NCBI GenBank assembly: GCA_041917695.1
Contig: JAYRXE010000037.1
Coordinates: 222,905-286,904 of the forward strand
DNA length: 64,000 nucleotides
Source of the DNA: Minisyncoccota bacterium
GTDB taxonomy: Bacteria > Patescibacteriota > Minisyncoccia > UBA6257 > GWB1-50-10
Direction of reading: 5' to 3'
This document shows, piece by piece, positions 27,889 to 37,113 of the stretch (position 1 is its first letter; the number at the start of each line of letters is the position of its first letter). The notes below the pieces were generated by a model. The model made no database searches and was not told the DNA's origin. It saw only the letters and a list, made by a program, of their open reading frames with translations. The translations under genes and the position numbers were made by a program.

Positions 27889-28533
27889 ATGAATTCACAA
27901 GAAAACCGTCGGGCTTTTGTTTGCCGCCTGGAGCGTTCCTTTTCGGAAAATGATAGGGAATCCATCATGTTTGCGTATGATCTCAGCAAATATGCGCATC
28001 GAGGCCATTTTAGGGAAGTGGGTCCGAGATATTTTGAGCACCCCCGAGAAATGTGCCTTATCGTGTTGGATGAGCTCAAAGTCGTCGACCGCGACGCCTT
28101 AATAGCTATATTCATACATGATGTCGGCGAAGATGTTGGCTTGTTTGGGAACATCAAGGAATTGCCCTATGAAAAATTTGAAGCAGTCTATAAGGGACGT
28201 GTTTCAAAAATTTTCGGCGAGGATATAGCTCAGCGAGGACTTGCTTTGATAAAGCCAGAAGTTGATAATCTTCGTTTTCTTTCGAAGGAGGAAGCAATGG
28301 AATTTTACATTGCCCGCCTACTCAAAGATAGGAAGGCTTGCTGGTTAAAAATGGTTGATGTATTGCACAACCTTCGTTCATCCGTCCAATTCTCACTGTC
28401 CAGAAAAAAATGGGCAATAAGGAAGTACTGCGGAAAATACCGCGATATTCTTGAGGAGGGAAGGAAATACGATTCTGGCGAAAAACTCTATGAACTCATC
28501 AATGTAGCTGCAAAAAGCCTACAGGAAGAATAG
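27889..28533 (+). CDS. Stand-alone RelA/SpoT-type HD hydrolase domain (small alarmone hydrolase-like)
   Basis: AY..S..AH.GH.R..G..Y..HP, IHDVGED, KMVDVLHNLRS align with SpoT HD motifs AH.GQ.R.SGEPY..HP, LHDVVED, KLADRLHNMRT. Confidence 0.75.
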   Translation: MNSQENRRAFVCRLERSFSENDRESIMFAYDLSKYAHRGHFREVGPRYFEHPREMCLIVLDELKVVDRDALIAIFIHDVGEDVGLFGNIKELPYEKFEAVYKGRVSKIFGEDIAQRGLALIKPEVDNLRFLSKEEAMEFYIARLLKDRKACWLKMVDVLHNLRSSVQFSLSRKKWAIRKYCGKYRDILEEGRKYDSGEKLYELINVAAKSLQEE

Positions 28534-28547
28534 GGAATATGTATTAT

Positions 28548-28577
28548 GAACCCCGCGCATGCGGGGTTTTTCTTTTG
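28548..28577 (+). terminator. Intrinsic terminator
   Basis: AACCCCGC-GCAT-GCGGGGTT plus T-tract. Confidence 0.75.
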
Positions 28578-28597
28578 TAGTATCATGAATATATCCA

Positions 28598-29602
28598 ATG
28601 AAATTGGCCTTTTTTGAGCTTGAAGGGTGGGAAGCGGGAGCCCTCCAAAAGGAGTTTCCCGGCCACGAGCTTTTCTTCTCGCCGCTCCCGCTCCATGAAT
28701 ATTTTGGCGAGGACGTATCATTCGACGCGATTTCCGTTTTTGTGAATTCGAAGCTCGACAAAGCGACGCTTCTGCGGTTTCCGAAGTTGAAATTCATTTC
28801 GGCGCGGTGCACGGGCTATGACCACATCGACCTCGAGGCATGCAAGGAGCGCGGCATTGCCGTCTCCTACGTGCCGGGCTACGGCGACAATACCGTCGCA
28901 GAATTCGCTTTCGGCCTCATCTTGAATCTCACGCGGAAGATATACGACGCCATAGACGCGGTGAAGGAGAAGGATTCGTTCGACTTCAAAGGATTCCGCG
29001 GGACGGACCTGAAAGGCAAGACGCTCGGCGTCATCGGCACGGGACGCATCGGGAAGGAGGCCGTCCGTATCGCGAAAGGCTTTGGGATGAACGTGCTTGC
29101 CTTCGATATCCATCCGGACATGAAATTCGCCGCCGAGGCGGGGATCTCGTATGCGCCATTCGAGGAGCTGTTGAAACAATCGGATATTATCTCGCTCCAC
29201 GCCCCGCTTACGGCTGAAACGCGGCATATCATCAACATGCAAAATGCGGACCTCATCAAGCGGGGCGCGTACCTCGTAAACACCGCCCGCGGACCGCTCG
29301 TCGAAACCGACGCGCTCGTCTACGCGCTCCAGCGCGGCATTTTGAAGGGTGCGGCCCTTGACGTGCTTGAGGAAGAAGGCGACATGCGCGACGAAATGGC
29401 TTTTTTGAAGAAAGAGAAGGTCGCCGAAGGGGAATTGAAGACGGTGATGGAAAACCATATCCTGATGCGCATGCCGAACGTGCTCGTTACCCCGCATAAC
29501 GCTTTTAATTCCCAGGAAGCGCTTGAGCGGATACTCGCGACCACCATCCGGAACGTGAAGGGCTTTCTCGGCGGAAATTTGGAAAATACGGTACACTGTT
29601 AG
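28598..29602 (+). CDS. D-isomer 2-hydroxyacid (D-lactate-type) dehydrogenase
   Basis: R.TGYDHID, VAEFA, GTGRIG, NTARG, LDV.E.E, TPHNAF. Confidence 0.9.
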   Translation: MKLAFFELEGWEAGALQKEFPGHELFFSPLPLHEYFGEDVSFDAISVFVNSKLDKATLLRFPKLKFISARCTGYDHIDLEACKERGIAVSYVPGYGDNTVAEFAFGLILNLTRKIYDAIDAVKEKDSFDFKGFRGTDLKGKTLGVIGTGRIGKEAVRIAKGFGMNVLAFDIHPDMKFAAEAGISYAPFEELLKQSDIISLHAPLTAETRHIINMQNADLIKRGAYLVNTARGPLVETDALVYALQRGILKGAALDVLEEEGDMRDEMAFLKKEKVAEGELKTVMENHILMRMPNVLVTPHNAFNSQEALERILATTIRNVKGFLGGNLENTVHC

Positions 29603-29607
29603 CATCT

Positions 29608-30804
29608 ATGACGATAAAGGAATTGGAATTGCGGGAAATATTCGATTCGCGGGGTCGCTCGACCATCGAAGCCGCGCTTCACACGGGGAAGGGGATTTTC
29701 ACGGGAGCCGTACCGGCGGGGAAAAGCACCGGCTCGCGGGAGGCGGAGGTTTTTCCCTATCCGGCCGCCAAGAAAAGCGTGGCGCTCATCCGGAAGGCGC
29801 TTGCTGAAAAGGAATTCTCCTCCGTACGGGAGTTCGACGAAGCTTTGCGCGCCCTGGACGGGACGGAACGCAAGACGAAACTTGGGGGGAATGCCATGCT
29901 TGCCGTCTCCATCGCTTTTGCCCGCGCCCGCGCCGCTGAAAAAGGGATTTCGCTGTGGCTCCTCTTGCGCCGGGAATTTTTCCCCACCGCGAACGATGCG
30001 CGCCGTCCGTCGCTTTTTTCAAACCTCATAAACGGAGGCGCACACGCATCAAACGGCCTCGATATCCAGGAATACATGCTGGTCGTCCGCCCCGGCAAGA
30101 ATTATGCGGACGACGTGCGGCTTTTGATATCGCTCTACGAAGAGCTTGGGAAACTTTTGAAGAAGCGAGCGAAAGGGGCGTTGCCAATCGGGGATGAGGG
30201 GGGTTACGATGTCTCTTTCAAGGACAATTTCGAACCCATTGAAATCCTGGGGAAGCTCATCACCGCGAAAAAAATCGGAAAGAAATGCTCCATTGCGCTC
30301 GACGCGGCCGCTACCGAATTTTCATCCGGCAAAGGAAAGTACAAGCTCGGCGGGAAGGCATATGCGTCTTCCGCGCTCCTTGAAGAGTATGCTTCGTGGT
30401 TCAAGCGGTCGAAGCACCTGTGTTCCATCGAGGATCCCTTTGCGGAGAACGAGGACGAAGCGTTCGCCTTGCTCCAAAAGCGCTTGAAAGAAAAGTGGGT
30501 CGTTGCCGACGACCTGACCACCACGGACCCATCGCGCATCCGCATGCTCGGCGAACGGAAGGCCATCGGGGGCGTTATCGTGAAGCCTAACCAGATTGGC
30601 ACGGTCTCTGAAAGCTGTGATGCGATCACCGAAGCGCGCGCGAAGGGCGTCCGCGTTATCGTTTCGCACCGTTCCGGCGAGACCGAGGATGCGTTCATCA
30701 TTTCGCTTGCCCGCGCATCCGCCGCTGATGGCGTGAAGATCGGCGCGCCGGCCCGCGAGCGCGTTTCAAAGTTCAACGAACTCATCCGTCTCTACGGGGA
30801 ATAG
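29608..30804 (+). CDS. eno: Enolase (short, divergent)
   Basis: EIFDSRG, G.STG..EA, NGGAHA, GDEGG, SIEDPF, KPNQIGT, SHRSGETED. Confidence 0.93.
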   Translation: MTIKELELREIFDSRGRSTIEAALHTGKGIFTGAVPAGKSTGSREAEVFPYPAAKKSVALIRKALAEKEFSSVREFDEALRALDGTERKTKLGGNAMLAVSIAFARARAAEKGISLWLLLRREFFPTANDARRPSLFSNLINGGAHASNGLDIQEYMLVVRPGKNYADDVRLLISLYEELGKLLKKRAKGALPIGDEGGYDVSFKDNFEPIEILGKLITAKKIGKKCSIALDAAATEFSSGKGKYKLGGKAYASSALLEEYASWFKRSKHLCSIEDPFAENEDEAFALLQKRLKEKWVVADDLTTTDPSRIRMLGERKAIGGVIVKPNQIGTVSESCDAITEARAKGVRVIVSHRSGETEDAFIISLARASAADGVKIGAPARERVSKFNELIRLYGE

Positions 30805-30815
30805 AAGACAGAACG

Positions 30816-31541
30816 TTGAAAGAAGAACATACAAAGAAAACAGGAGCGCTCATCGTGCTCCATGCCGAAAAAGATTTTGTCGCGGTCGGGAAGCCCGCGG
30901 GCGTTTTGACGCACCGCACGCCGCATTCGGAAGGAGCGACGCTTGCCGACCTCGTGGCGGAAAAATACCCCGAAATCCGGAAGGTGGGGGATGAGCCTTC
31001 GCTTCGTCCCGGCGTCGTGCATCGCCTCGACAAGGACACCTCGGGTGTCATTCTCTTCGCGCGCAATCAGCCTGCATTCGAGTATTTGAAGAAATGCTTC
31101 CAGGAAGGACGGGTGCGGAAAACCTATCTCGCGCTCGTATGGGGAAAGACGAAGGAACGGGGGATCGTTGATGCGCCGATCGGCTTGAGGTCCGGAAGCG
31201 TGCGCCGGAGCGTGCTTGCGAAGAATATGAAGATGGTAAAGCCCGCGCATACCGAATACGAGACTATGCGGCATTTCACGTACGAAGGAGAAGATTTCTC
31301 GCTTCTCTACGTCTATCCGAAAACGGGACGGACGCACCAGATCCGCGTGCATATGGCGCATATCGGCCACGGCCTCGTGGGGGACCCGCTGTATATGAAG
31401 CGGAAAAATCCATTCGGCCTCGCGCGGCAGTTTCTCCATGCCGAAAAGGTGGAATTTCAGAGTCCTACGGGGAAGCGCGTATCCATCCAGGCCGATTTAC
31501 CCCCTGATTTGAAGGCGGTTTTAAGCCTATTGACAAATTAG
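30816..31541 (+). CDS. RluA/RluD-family pseudouridine synthase
   Basis: KPAG, HRLDKDTSG, TGRTHQIRVH, GDPLY, LHA; TTG start. Confidence 0.92.
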   Translation: MKEEHTKKTGALIVLHAEKDFVAVGKPAGVLTHRTPHSEGATLADLVAEKYPEIRKVGDEPSLRPGVVHRLDKDTSGVILFARNQPAFEYLKKCFQEGRVRKTYLALVWGKTKERGIVDAPIGLRSGSVRRSVLAKNMKMVKPAHTEYETMRHFTYEGEDFSLLYVYPKTGRTHQIRVHMAHIGHGLVGDPLYMKRKNPFGLARQFLHAEKVEFQSPTGKRVSIQADLPPDLKAVLSLLTN

Positions 31542-31557
31542 AGGTTTATGTTATAAT
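31530..31557 (+). promoter_or_regulatory. Consensus sigma70 promoter with no long ORF downstream
   Basis: TTGACA-16 nt-TATAAT with TG extension. Confidence 0.8.
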
Positions 31558-31562
31558 TAAAA

Positions 31563-31780
31563 CAGTAACTTGAGAGATCGGTTATTCGCAACGGCCTGGG
31601 TCGTTGTAGGGAGAAAATTGGGTGCAACTCCGCCCATCACGCGCAGAGAGATAAATATAAACCGATAAAAAAATCCTGAAGGAGGAAAAAATGCGGCAAT
31701 TTCTTTAAATGAATGAACCTCAGATGGCAGCAAATTGAAACCTATCAAAAAACCGCCCACAACGGGCGGCTTTTGTTTTT
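31563..31780 (+). ncRNA. Candidate ~210-nt small RNA
   Basis: Bounded by the consensus promoter and terminator CCGCCC-ACAAC-GGGCGG-CTTTTG; ATCGGTT/AACCGAT stem encloses two hairpins. Confidence 0.5.
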
Positions 31781-31790
31781 CCGGAAAAAT

Positions 31791-32267
31791 TTAGGCGGCT
31801 ATCTTCGGTTCGCTTGCAGGAGGCTTTTCTTCCGTTTGTTTCTCTGTTTTTTGCTGACGTAATTTCGTCGCCGAGTTCAGATTCATGATGAGTCGTTTCT
31901 CGTCTTCATCAAGAGCGTCAAATTCCGCTTTTGAAAGCTTCACCATGCCGTTTCCAAAGCGCTGTTTCAAGACCGCGACGGTCGCTTTGAGGTCCATCTG
32001 GTTTACCTGGTCGGTTTCGTCCGGAAGCTCGTTAATGAGATCCATGTCGAAGAACCATTCGCCCGGGACGCTTTCGTAGGGGAATCGCGATACCTTTGCA
32101 TCCGTCATCTGCTCAGAGGGGGTCTTTGATTTTTCCTCCGCTTCCTTCAGCCGGGTCTCGTCGCTTTCGAGTATCGCTTCATCGCCCATCTCCGAACTGC
32201 CGATGACGGGACGATTGTCCGCCCGCCCGGCATATTCGTTGTTGTTTTGAAATCCTGGTTTTTCCAT
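31791..32267 (-). CDS. Hypothetical acidic protein
   Basis: 158-aa ORF, no recognisable motif. Confidence 0.65.
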   Translation of the reverse strand: MEKPGFQNNNEYAGRADNRPVIGSSEMGDEAILESDETRLKEAEEKSKTPSEQMTDAKVSRFPYESVPGEWFFDMDLINELPDETDQVNQMDLKATVAVLKQRFGNGMVKLSKAEFDALDEDEKRLIMNLNSATKLRQQKTEKQTEEKPPASEPKIAA

Positions 32268-32327
32268 TGTGTTTAGTTCTGCCTGCGACCTTTTTCTTCA
32301 GTGTAATTTCTTTGTTCTGAATGGCAA

Positions 32328-32576
32328 CTAAAACAGGTTGCCGGCGAAATTCTTCGCCAAATGGCGCTGGATCTTCTCGCGCGCGGCGTTTATCGCCCGT
32401 TTTACCGCTTCTTCCTGGGCGGGCAGGGCGAGGTCGGGGTTTAAGGCGAGCTCAAGCACTTCAAACGCCCCGTTCATCTTCACCCGCACGCCCGATTCCT
32501 CGTGCTCCAGCGTTTCGCTCTTTATCTTTTTCTGCAATTCCTGAAGTTCCTTCAATTGTTTTAATTTATCGAACAT
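32328..32576 (-). CDS. YbaB/EbfC nucleoid-associated protein
   Basis: MFDKLKQL.ELQ..., GVRV.MNG..EV...L.P, AIN.A pattern. Confidence 0.82.
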   Translation of the reverse strand: MFDKLKQLKELQELQKKIKSETLEHEESGVRVKMNGAFEVLELALNPDLALPAQEEAVKRAINAAREKIQRHLAKNFAGNLF

Positions 32577-32622
32577 GCGCCCATTGTACCGTGCGGGAGC
32601 GGGAAGGCAAATAAAAACCCCG

Positions 32623-33039
32623 TTATATGCGGGGTTTTGTTGCGTGTATTTCGCAGGTGAAAAGATAATTGGTTCCGCGCCCGTCCACGCGCGAGATTTT
32701 CAGGTCAACGCCGCGTTTTTCGGCGTCTTCGCATATCTTTTGGATGCGTTTGTCTGAGGCGTGCGCCCCGTCGTCGCTCACGATGATGCAGGCCTTTCCT
32801 TTCCGCGGGAAGACTTTTATCGCTATCGCGCCTCCGCGCGGAGCTGAAGCGAGGGAAGCGGTAAGCGAATCTTTCAAGGAATGATAGAGCGAACCGTTCA
32901 CGCTTTTTACCATGACGGTTTTTGATGCATCCAAAAGCGAATGCTGCGTGATGGTCACTTCTTTTTCGGCTGCGAGCGCCTCCGATTCTTTTATGAGAGC
33001 GTTCACGGTGTGTGCGAGCGATGTTGCCTTGGTGGGCAT
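32623..33039 (-). CDS. Stand-alone degenerate HATPase_c-like domain
   Basis: P.GG.I.I, I.VSDDG, G..L.I....G.GT..F retained; N-box Asn and G2 box absent. SD GGAGG upstream. Confidence 0.6.
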   Translation of the reverse strand: MPTKATSLAHTVNALIKESEALAAEKEVTITQHSLLDASKTVMVKSVNGSLYHSLKDSLTASLASAPRGGAIAIKVFPRKGKACIIVSDDGAHASDKRIQKICEDAEKRGVDLKISRVDGRGTNYLFTCEIHATKPRI

Positions 33040-33136
33040 AGGCCTTCCTCCGTTAAATTATTTAGATTCTGCCTTATCTATAAGCGCGATGGGGCGTTTC
33101 GTCAATATTTTTTATGAAAAACATTATAATGAATAC

Positions 33137-33604
33137 ATGGTTCTCTATATCGGCGCCGACCATCGGGGCTATGAATTGAAAGAAGGGCTGAAGCGGTTCC
33201 TTTCCGAGAAGGGATACCAAGTCGAGGATTGCGGAAATCTCCGGCGCGAGGAAGGGGACGCATATCCCGTTTTCGCGCGCGCCGTCGCCCAAAAAGTCAT
33301 TTCGAATTACGTAAATTCCCGCGGCATCCTTATTTGCGGTTCGGGAGCCGGCATGGAAATCGCGGCGAATAAATTCAAAAGCATCCGCGCGTCCGTGGTC
33401 ATGAATCCGAACCATGCGTTCGACGTGCGGAACGACGACGACACGAATGTGCTGGTCCTTGCCGCCGATTACACCCCCCTTGAGACCGCAAAGAAAATTC
33501 TCGTTACCTGGCTTGAGACGCCTTTTTCCCATGAGCCGAAGCATGCGGAGCGTATCCAGCATATCGACCGCATCGAGGAAGAAACCATGAAAGATGTGGG
33601 CTGA
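33137..33604 (+). CDS. rpiB: Ribose-5-phosphate isomerase B
   Basis: IGADHRG..LK, YP, GILICGSG.GMEIAANK. Confidence 0.92.
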   Translation: MVLYIGADHRGYELKEGLKRFLSEKGYQVEDCGNLRREEGDAYPVFARAVAQKVISNYVNSRGILICGSGAGMEIAANKFKSIRASVVMNPNHAFDVRNDDDTNVLVLAADYTPLETAKKILVTWLETPFSHEPKHAERIQHIDRIEEETMKDVG

Positions 33605-34295
33605 TTTCCTCCCTTTTCTCCGCCGCGCCCGATCACCGCGCATTTTGCCGGTCATTCCCGCTTTCAATTCGCCCGATTTTTCGATTATCGAATCCCGATT
33701 CGCAACGCTCAAAAATCTGCATATCACGCACGCGCACGTGGACGTTTCGGACGGAAAATTTTCGCCCGCCTCGCTTTTCCCGTCGCCCAGCGACGCATCC
33801 CGCTTCGAGCGTTTCGCCAAGGATTTTTTTATTGAAGCGCATCTGATGGTGGAAGACCCCCGGTCCTTTGCCGAAAGCTGGATTGCCGCCGGTGCGCGGC
33901 GCGTCGTCATGCACGTGGAGAAGATGCCGCTCAAGGAGTTCGCCGAATTCTTTTTTGCGTTTAAACGGAGGCATCCCCGCGCCGAACTTGGCGCCGCCCT
34001 CCTGCCGGAAACCGATCCCGAATACGCCATTCCCTATATCGCCATTTGCGGATATGCGCTCGTCCTTGCCGTCCCTCCCGGTTTTTCGGGGCAGACGTTC
34101 CGGGAGCATTCGCTTGAGACGATCGAAGAGATACGCCGCGCGGTCCCGTCGGCGGTCATCGAGGTGGACGGCGGATTGAACGCGGAAACCGCGGTGCGTG
34201 TGAAGCGGGCAGGCGCATCCGTGCTTGTTTCGGGTTCGTATCTTTTCGATGCGGATAATTTTGCGGGCCGGTATCGCGCGCTCGTGGAAGCCTGA
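33594..34295 (+). CDS. rpe: Ribulose-phosphate 3-epimerase
   Basis: HVDVSDGKF, EAHLMV..P, V.PGFSGQ.F, IEVDGG, VSGSYLF. Confidence 0.92.
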   Translation: MWADFLPFLRRARSPRILPVIPAFNSPDFSIIESRFATLKNLHITHAHVDVSDGKFSPASLFPSPSDASRFERFAKDFFIEAHLMVEDPRSFAESWIAAGARRVVMHVEKMPLKEFAEFFFAFKRRHPRAELGAALLPETDPEYAIPYIAICGYALVLAVPPGFSGQTFREHSLETIEEIRRAVPSAVIEVDGGLNAETAVRVKRAGASVLVSGSYLFDADNFAGRYRALVEA

Positions 34296-34323
34296 CGGCG
34301 CAAAACCTGTTAAGATATAAAAA

Positions 34324-35184
34324 ATGGAAGCGCTTACCGAGAAAAAATTGCGGAGCCTTGAAGCGTCCGCCGAAAAGATCCGCGAGCATGTGATTGAGAT
34401 GCTGTTGCGCGCCGGTTCCGGGCATGCCGCCGGTTCGCTCGGAACGGCTGATATTTTTTCGGCGCTCTATTTCCACATTCTCCGCCACAACCCGAAACGG
34501 CCACAATGGGATGCCCGCGACCGCTTCGTGCTTTCCGCCGGGCATATTTGCCCGGCGCAATATGCCGCCCTCGCCCTCGCAGGGTATTTCCCAATCGAGA
34601 AACTGAAGAGCTTGCGGGCGGTCGGTTCGCCGCTCCAGGGGCATCCGCACCGCGGAAGCCTGCCGGGCGTGGAGACGACATCGGGGCCCTTGGGTTCCGG
34701 CCTTGCGCAGGCGGTCGGCATGGCGCTCGCGGCGCGTCTCAACGGCGCGCCGTGGCGCGTCTATTGCCTTACCTCCGACGGCGAGCACAACGAGGGGAAT
34801 CATTGGGAAGCCGTTATGGCCGCCGCCAAATACCGGCTGTCGAACCTCACCGTCATCGTCGATCGGAATTTCATCCAGATAGACGGGACGACCGAACGGG
34901 TGATGCCGCTCGAATCGTTGAAGGAAAAATACGAGGCCTTCAAATGGCACGCCGTCGAGACCGACGGGAACGACGTCCGGAGCCTCATCGGTGCCGTCCG
35001 CGAGGCGGAAGTGATGCACGAACGGCCGACGGCAATCATCGCAAAAACCATTCCAGGGAAGGGCGTCAGCTTCATGGAGCGGAACTATCTTTGGCACGGA
35101 AAAGCGCCCTCGCGCGAAGAAGCCGCAAAAGCGCTCCGCGAATTGCGCACCCTGCGCGGAAAAATATCATCCGACCTCGACTAA
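34324..35184 (+). CDS. Transketolase, N-terminal (ThDP-binding) subunit
   Basis: SGH..GSL, RDRFVLSAGH, LQGHP, GPLGSGL, DGE..EG..WEA. Confidence 0.94.
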   Translation: MEALTEKKLRSLEASAEKIREHVIEMLLRAGSGHAAGSLGTADIFSALYFHILRHNPKRPQWDARDRFVLSAGHICPAQYAALALAGYFPIEKLKSLRAVGSPLQGHPHRGSLPGVETTSGPLGSGLAQAVGMALAARLNGAPWRVYCLTSDGEHNEGNHWEAVMAAAKYRLSNLTVIVDRNFIQIDGTTERVMPLESLKEKYEAFKWHAVETDGNDVRSLIGAVREAEVMHERPTAIIAKTIPGKGVSFMERNYLWHGKAPSREEAAKALRELRTLRGKISSDLD

Positions 35185-35185
35185 C

Positions 35186-36172
35186 ATGTTAAATCCGGAA
35201 CTTCACTTGAATCCCGAATGGCGTTCCTCGAAGGAGCGCCCGATACGCGACGGTTTCGGCGACGGTTTCCTTGAGGTCGCGCGGGCGAATGAACGCGTCG
35301 TCGGCCTTACCGCCGACCTCACGGAATCGACGCGAATGGAAGCGTTCGCGCGCGAATTCCCCGAACGATTTTTCGAGCTCGGCGTCGCGGAACAAAATCT
35401 CGTAACGATCGCTTCCGGCCTTGCGGTTTCGGGGAAAATTCCCTATGCCGCCTCCTATGCGGCATTTTCACCGGGGCGTACCTGGGAGCAAATTCGTACG
35501 GTGATTGCCTATAACAATGCGAACGTGAAGCTTGTGGGGAGCCATGCGGGATTGTCCGTCGGGCCGGACGGAGCGACGCATCAGGCGCTTGAAGACATTG
35601 CGCTTATGCGCGTCATCCCGAACATGAGCGTTTTTTCCCCGTGCGACGCGGAAGAGGCGCGCAAGGCGGCCCGTGCGGTCGCGCATCTCGACGGCCCCGC
35701 ATATCTGCGCCTTGCCCGCGAAAAAAGCCCGTGCATCACGACCGAAAAAACGCCGTTCACGCCGGGTACCATCGAAGCGTTTTGGATTTCCGAACGGCCG
35801 CATGCGGCAATTTGCGCAACTGGCATTGCTCTCTCTGCCGCGCTCGCGGCGGCGGCGGATTTGGAGGCGGACGGGGTCCGCACGGTGGTGCTCAATATTT
35901 CATCCATAAAGCCCTTTGACGGGAAAGCGGTTCTCTCGGCGGCGAAAAAGGCGGGATGCGTCGTTACCGTCGAGGATCACCAGATTGCCGGCGGGATGGG
36001 AAGCGTTATTGCCGAATGGCTCGCGCAGAAATTTCCCGTTCCCGTCGAATTCGTGGGGATGCGGGATTCGTTCGGCGAATCCGGCTCGCCGAAGGAATTA
36101 TATGAAAAATACGGCATCACCTCCGCCGCGATTTGCGATGCCGTCATGAAAGCGATACAACGAAAGGGATAA
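35186..36172 (+). CDS. Transketolase, C-terminal subunit
   Basis: ADL..ST, GVAEQN, GPDGATHQ, IKPFD, TVEDH...GG.GS. Confidence 0.94.
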   Translation: MLNPELHLNPEWRSSKERPIRDGFGDGFLEVARANERVVGLTADLTESTRMEAFAREFPERFFELGVAEQNLVTIASGLAVSGKIPYAASYAAFSPGRTWEQIRTVIAYNNANVKLVGSHAGLSVGPDGATHQALEDIALMRVIPNMSVFSPCDAEEARKAARAVAHLDGPAYLRLAREKSPCITTEKTPFTPGTIEAFWISERPHAAICATGIALSAALAAAADLEADGVRTVVLNISSIKPFDGKAVLSAAKKAGCVVTVEDHQIAGGMGSVIAEWLAQKFPVPVEFVGMRDSFGESGSPKELYEKYGITSAAICDAVMKAIQRKG

Positions 36173-36173
36173 T

Positions 36174-37112
36174 ATGCCTGAAAATTTCAATGAAATTCCC
36201 AGTTTGAATACTGAGGAGGACGATGCCAAAAAATTAGATACTTTCTTAGAGGAGCAGGAGCGTAAAGCGCGTGAGCGCATTCCCGGCGAAATAGATAAAA
36301 CGCCGCTTGAGGAAGAATTCATACGTTCTGTCGAGACGTCATTGCAAAAAGAGATAGAGGCTTGCAATGCGGATTCTCGCTTTACGTACACTGCGGAGAA
36401 GGTGCATTTTTTGCCCGATGAAATTTTTGATTCCTTGAGCGGTGACTATTCGGGTGGCACGATCCAAGGGCGGTGGGATGTAGCAAATGGTGAAAGGATT
36501 TTAATGAGATATCCCCGCGAGAAGAATTACGATTCGAGTTTTTATAAAAATATCATCCATGAAATGGTCCATGCGGCCGGGTACGCAAGTTTCGCAATAG
36601 GCAAAAATGAGCTGGGGGAGCCCGAAAATTTCTACGGAGAAAAGGTGGGCTTTTCGTTTTACAGCGCAAATAAGGCAAGTCCTTTTTTTATAGGATTAAA
36701 TGAAATTATGGTGGAGAAAATAGCGCATGATGTTTTTTTCCATCTTCCCGATTTAGAAGCATATATGGTTGGCAAGAAATATGCCTTAGATGAATGGATT
36801 TCGGCTATTGGGATCATCGAGAGAGTTTTGGAAGGTTTGAGCGCGCGCATGAACCTGGAGAAGGACGTGTTGTGGAGGGAGATGGAACGAGCCTATTTTG
36901 AGGGAAAGATTAAGATGGAGTATCTTCGGGCGATTGAGGATTTATTCGGCAAAAACTCCTTGAGGGTCCTCGATCGTATTCAGCCGTACGAGGGCAAAGA
37001 AGGGGGCATCAATAAGAAAATCCACGATTATTTTGCAGCCGATGACGCTACGGTACGGGATGCATTGCGTGAAGAGATATTGAGTGCTCCGGAAAATGAA
37101 AAAAATCCCTGA
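36174..37112 (+). CDS. Hypothetical protein with HExxH...GLNE zinc-metallopeptidase-like motif
   Basis: IIHEMVHA and downstream GLNEIMVE; AT-richer than neighbours. Confidence 0.65.
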   Translation: MPENFNEIPSLNTEEDDAKKLDTFLEEQERKARERIPGEIDKTPLEEEFIRSVETSLQKEIEACNADSRFTYTAEKVHFLPDEIFDSLSGDYSGGTIQGRWDVANGERILMRYPREKNYDSSFYKNIIHEMVHAAGYASFAIGKNELGEPENFYGEKVGFSFYSANKASPFFIGLNEIMVEKIAHDVFFHLPDLEAYMVGKKYALDEWISAIGIIERVLEGLSARMNLEKDVLWREMERAYFEGKIKMEYLRAIEDLFGKNSLRVLDRIQPYEGKEGGINKKIHDYFAADDATVRDALREEILSAPENEKNP

Positions 37113-37113
37113 T

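Noticed and set aside
31563-31750. Possible RNase P RNA, tmRNA or cobalamin riboswitch (GAGAAAA, AGATAAAT, GGTGCAACTCC fragments)
   Set aside because: No GAGGAAAGTCC or ACA.AA....GCTTA with P4 pairing, no tRNA-like tmRNA ends and no B12 box; kept only as an unassigned RNA.
31791-31810. C-terminal KIAA as an ssrA-like degron
   Set aside because: Motif too short to distinguish from chance; rpsE here also ends in IAA.
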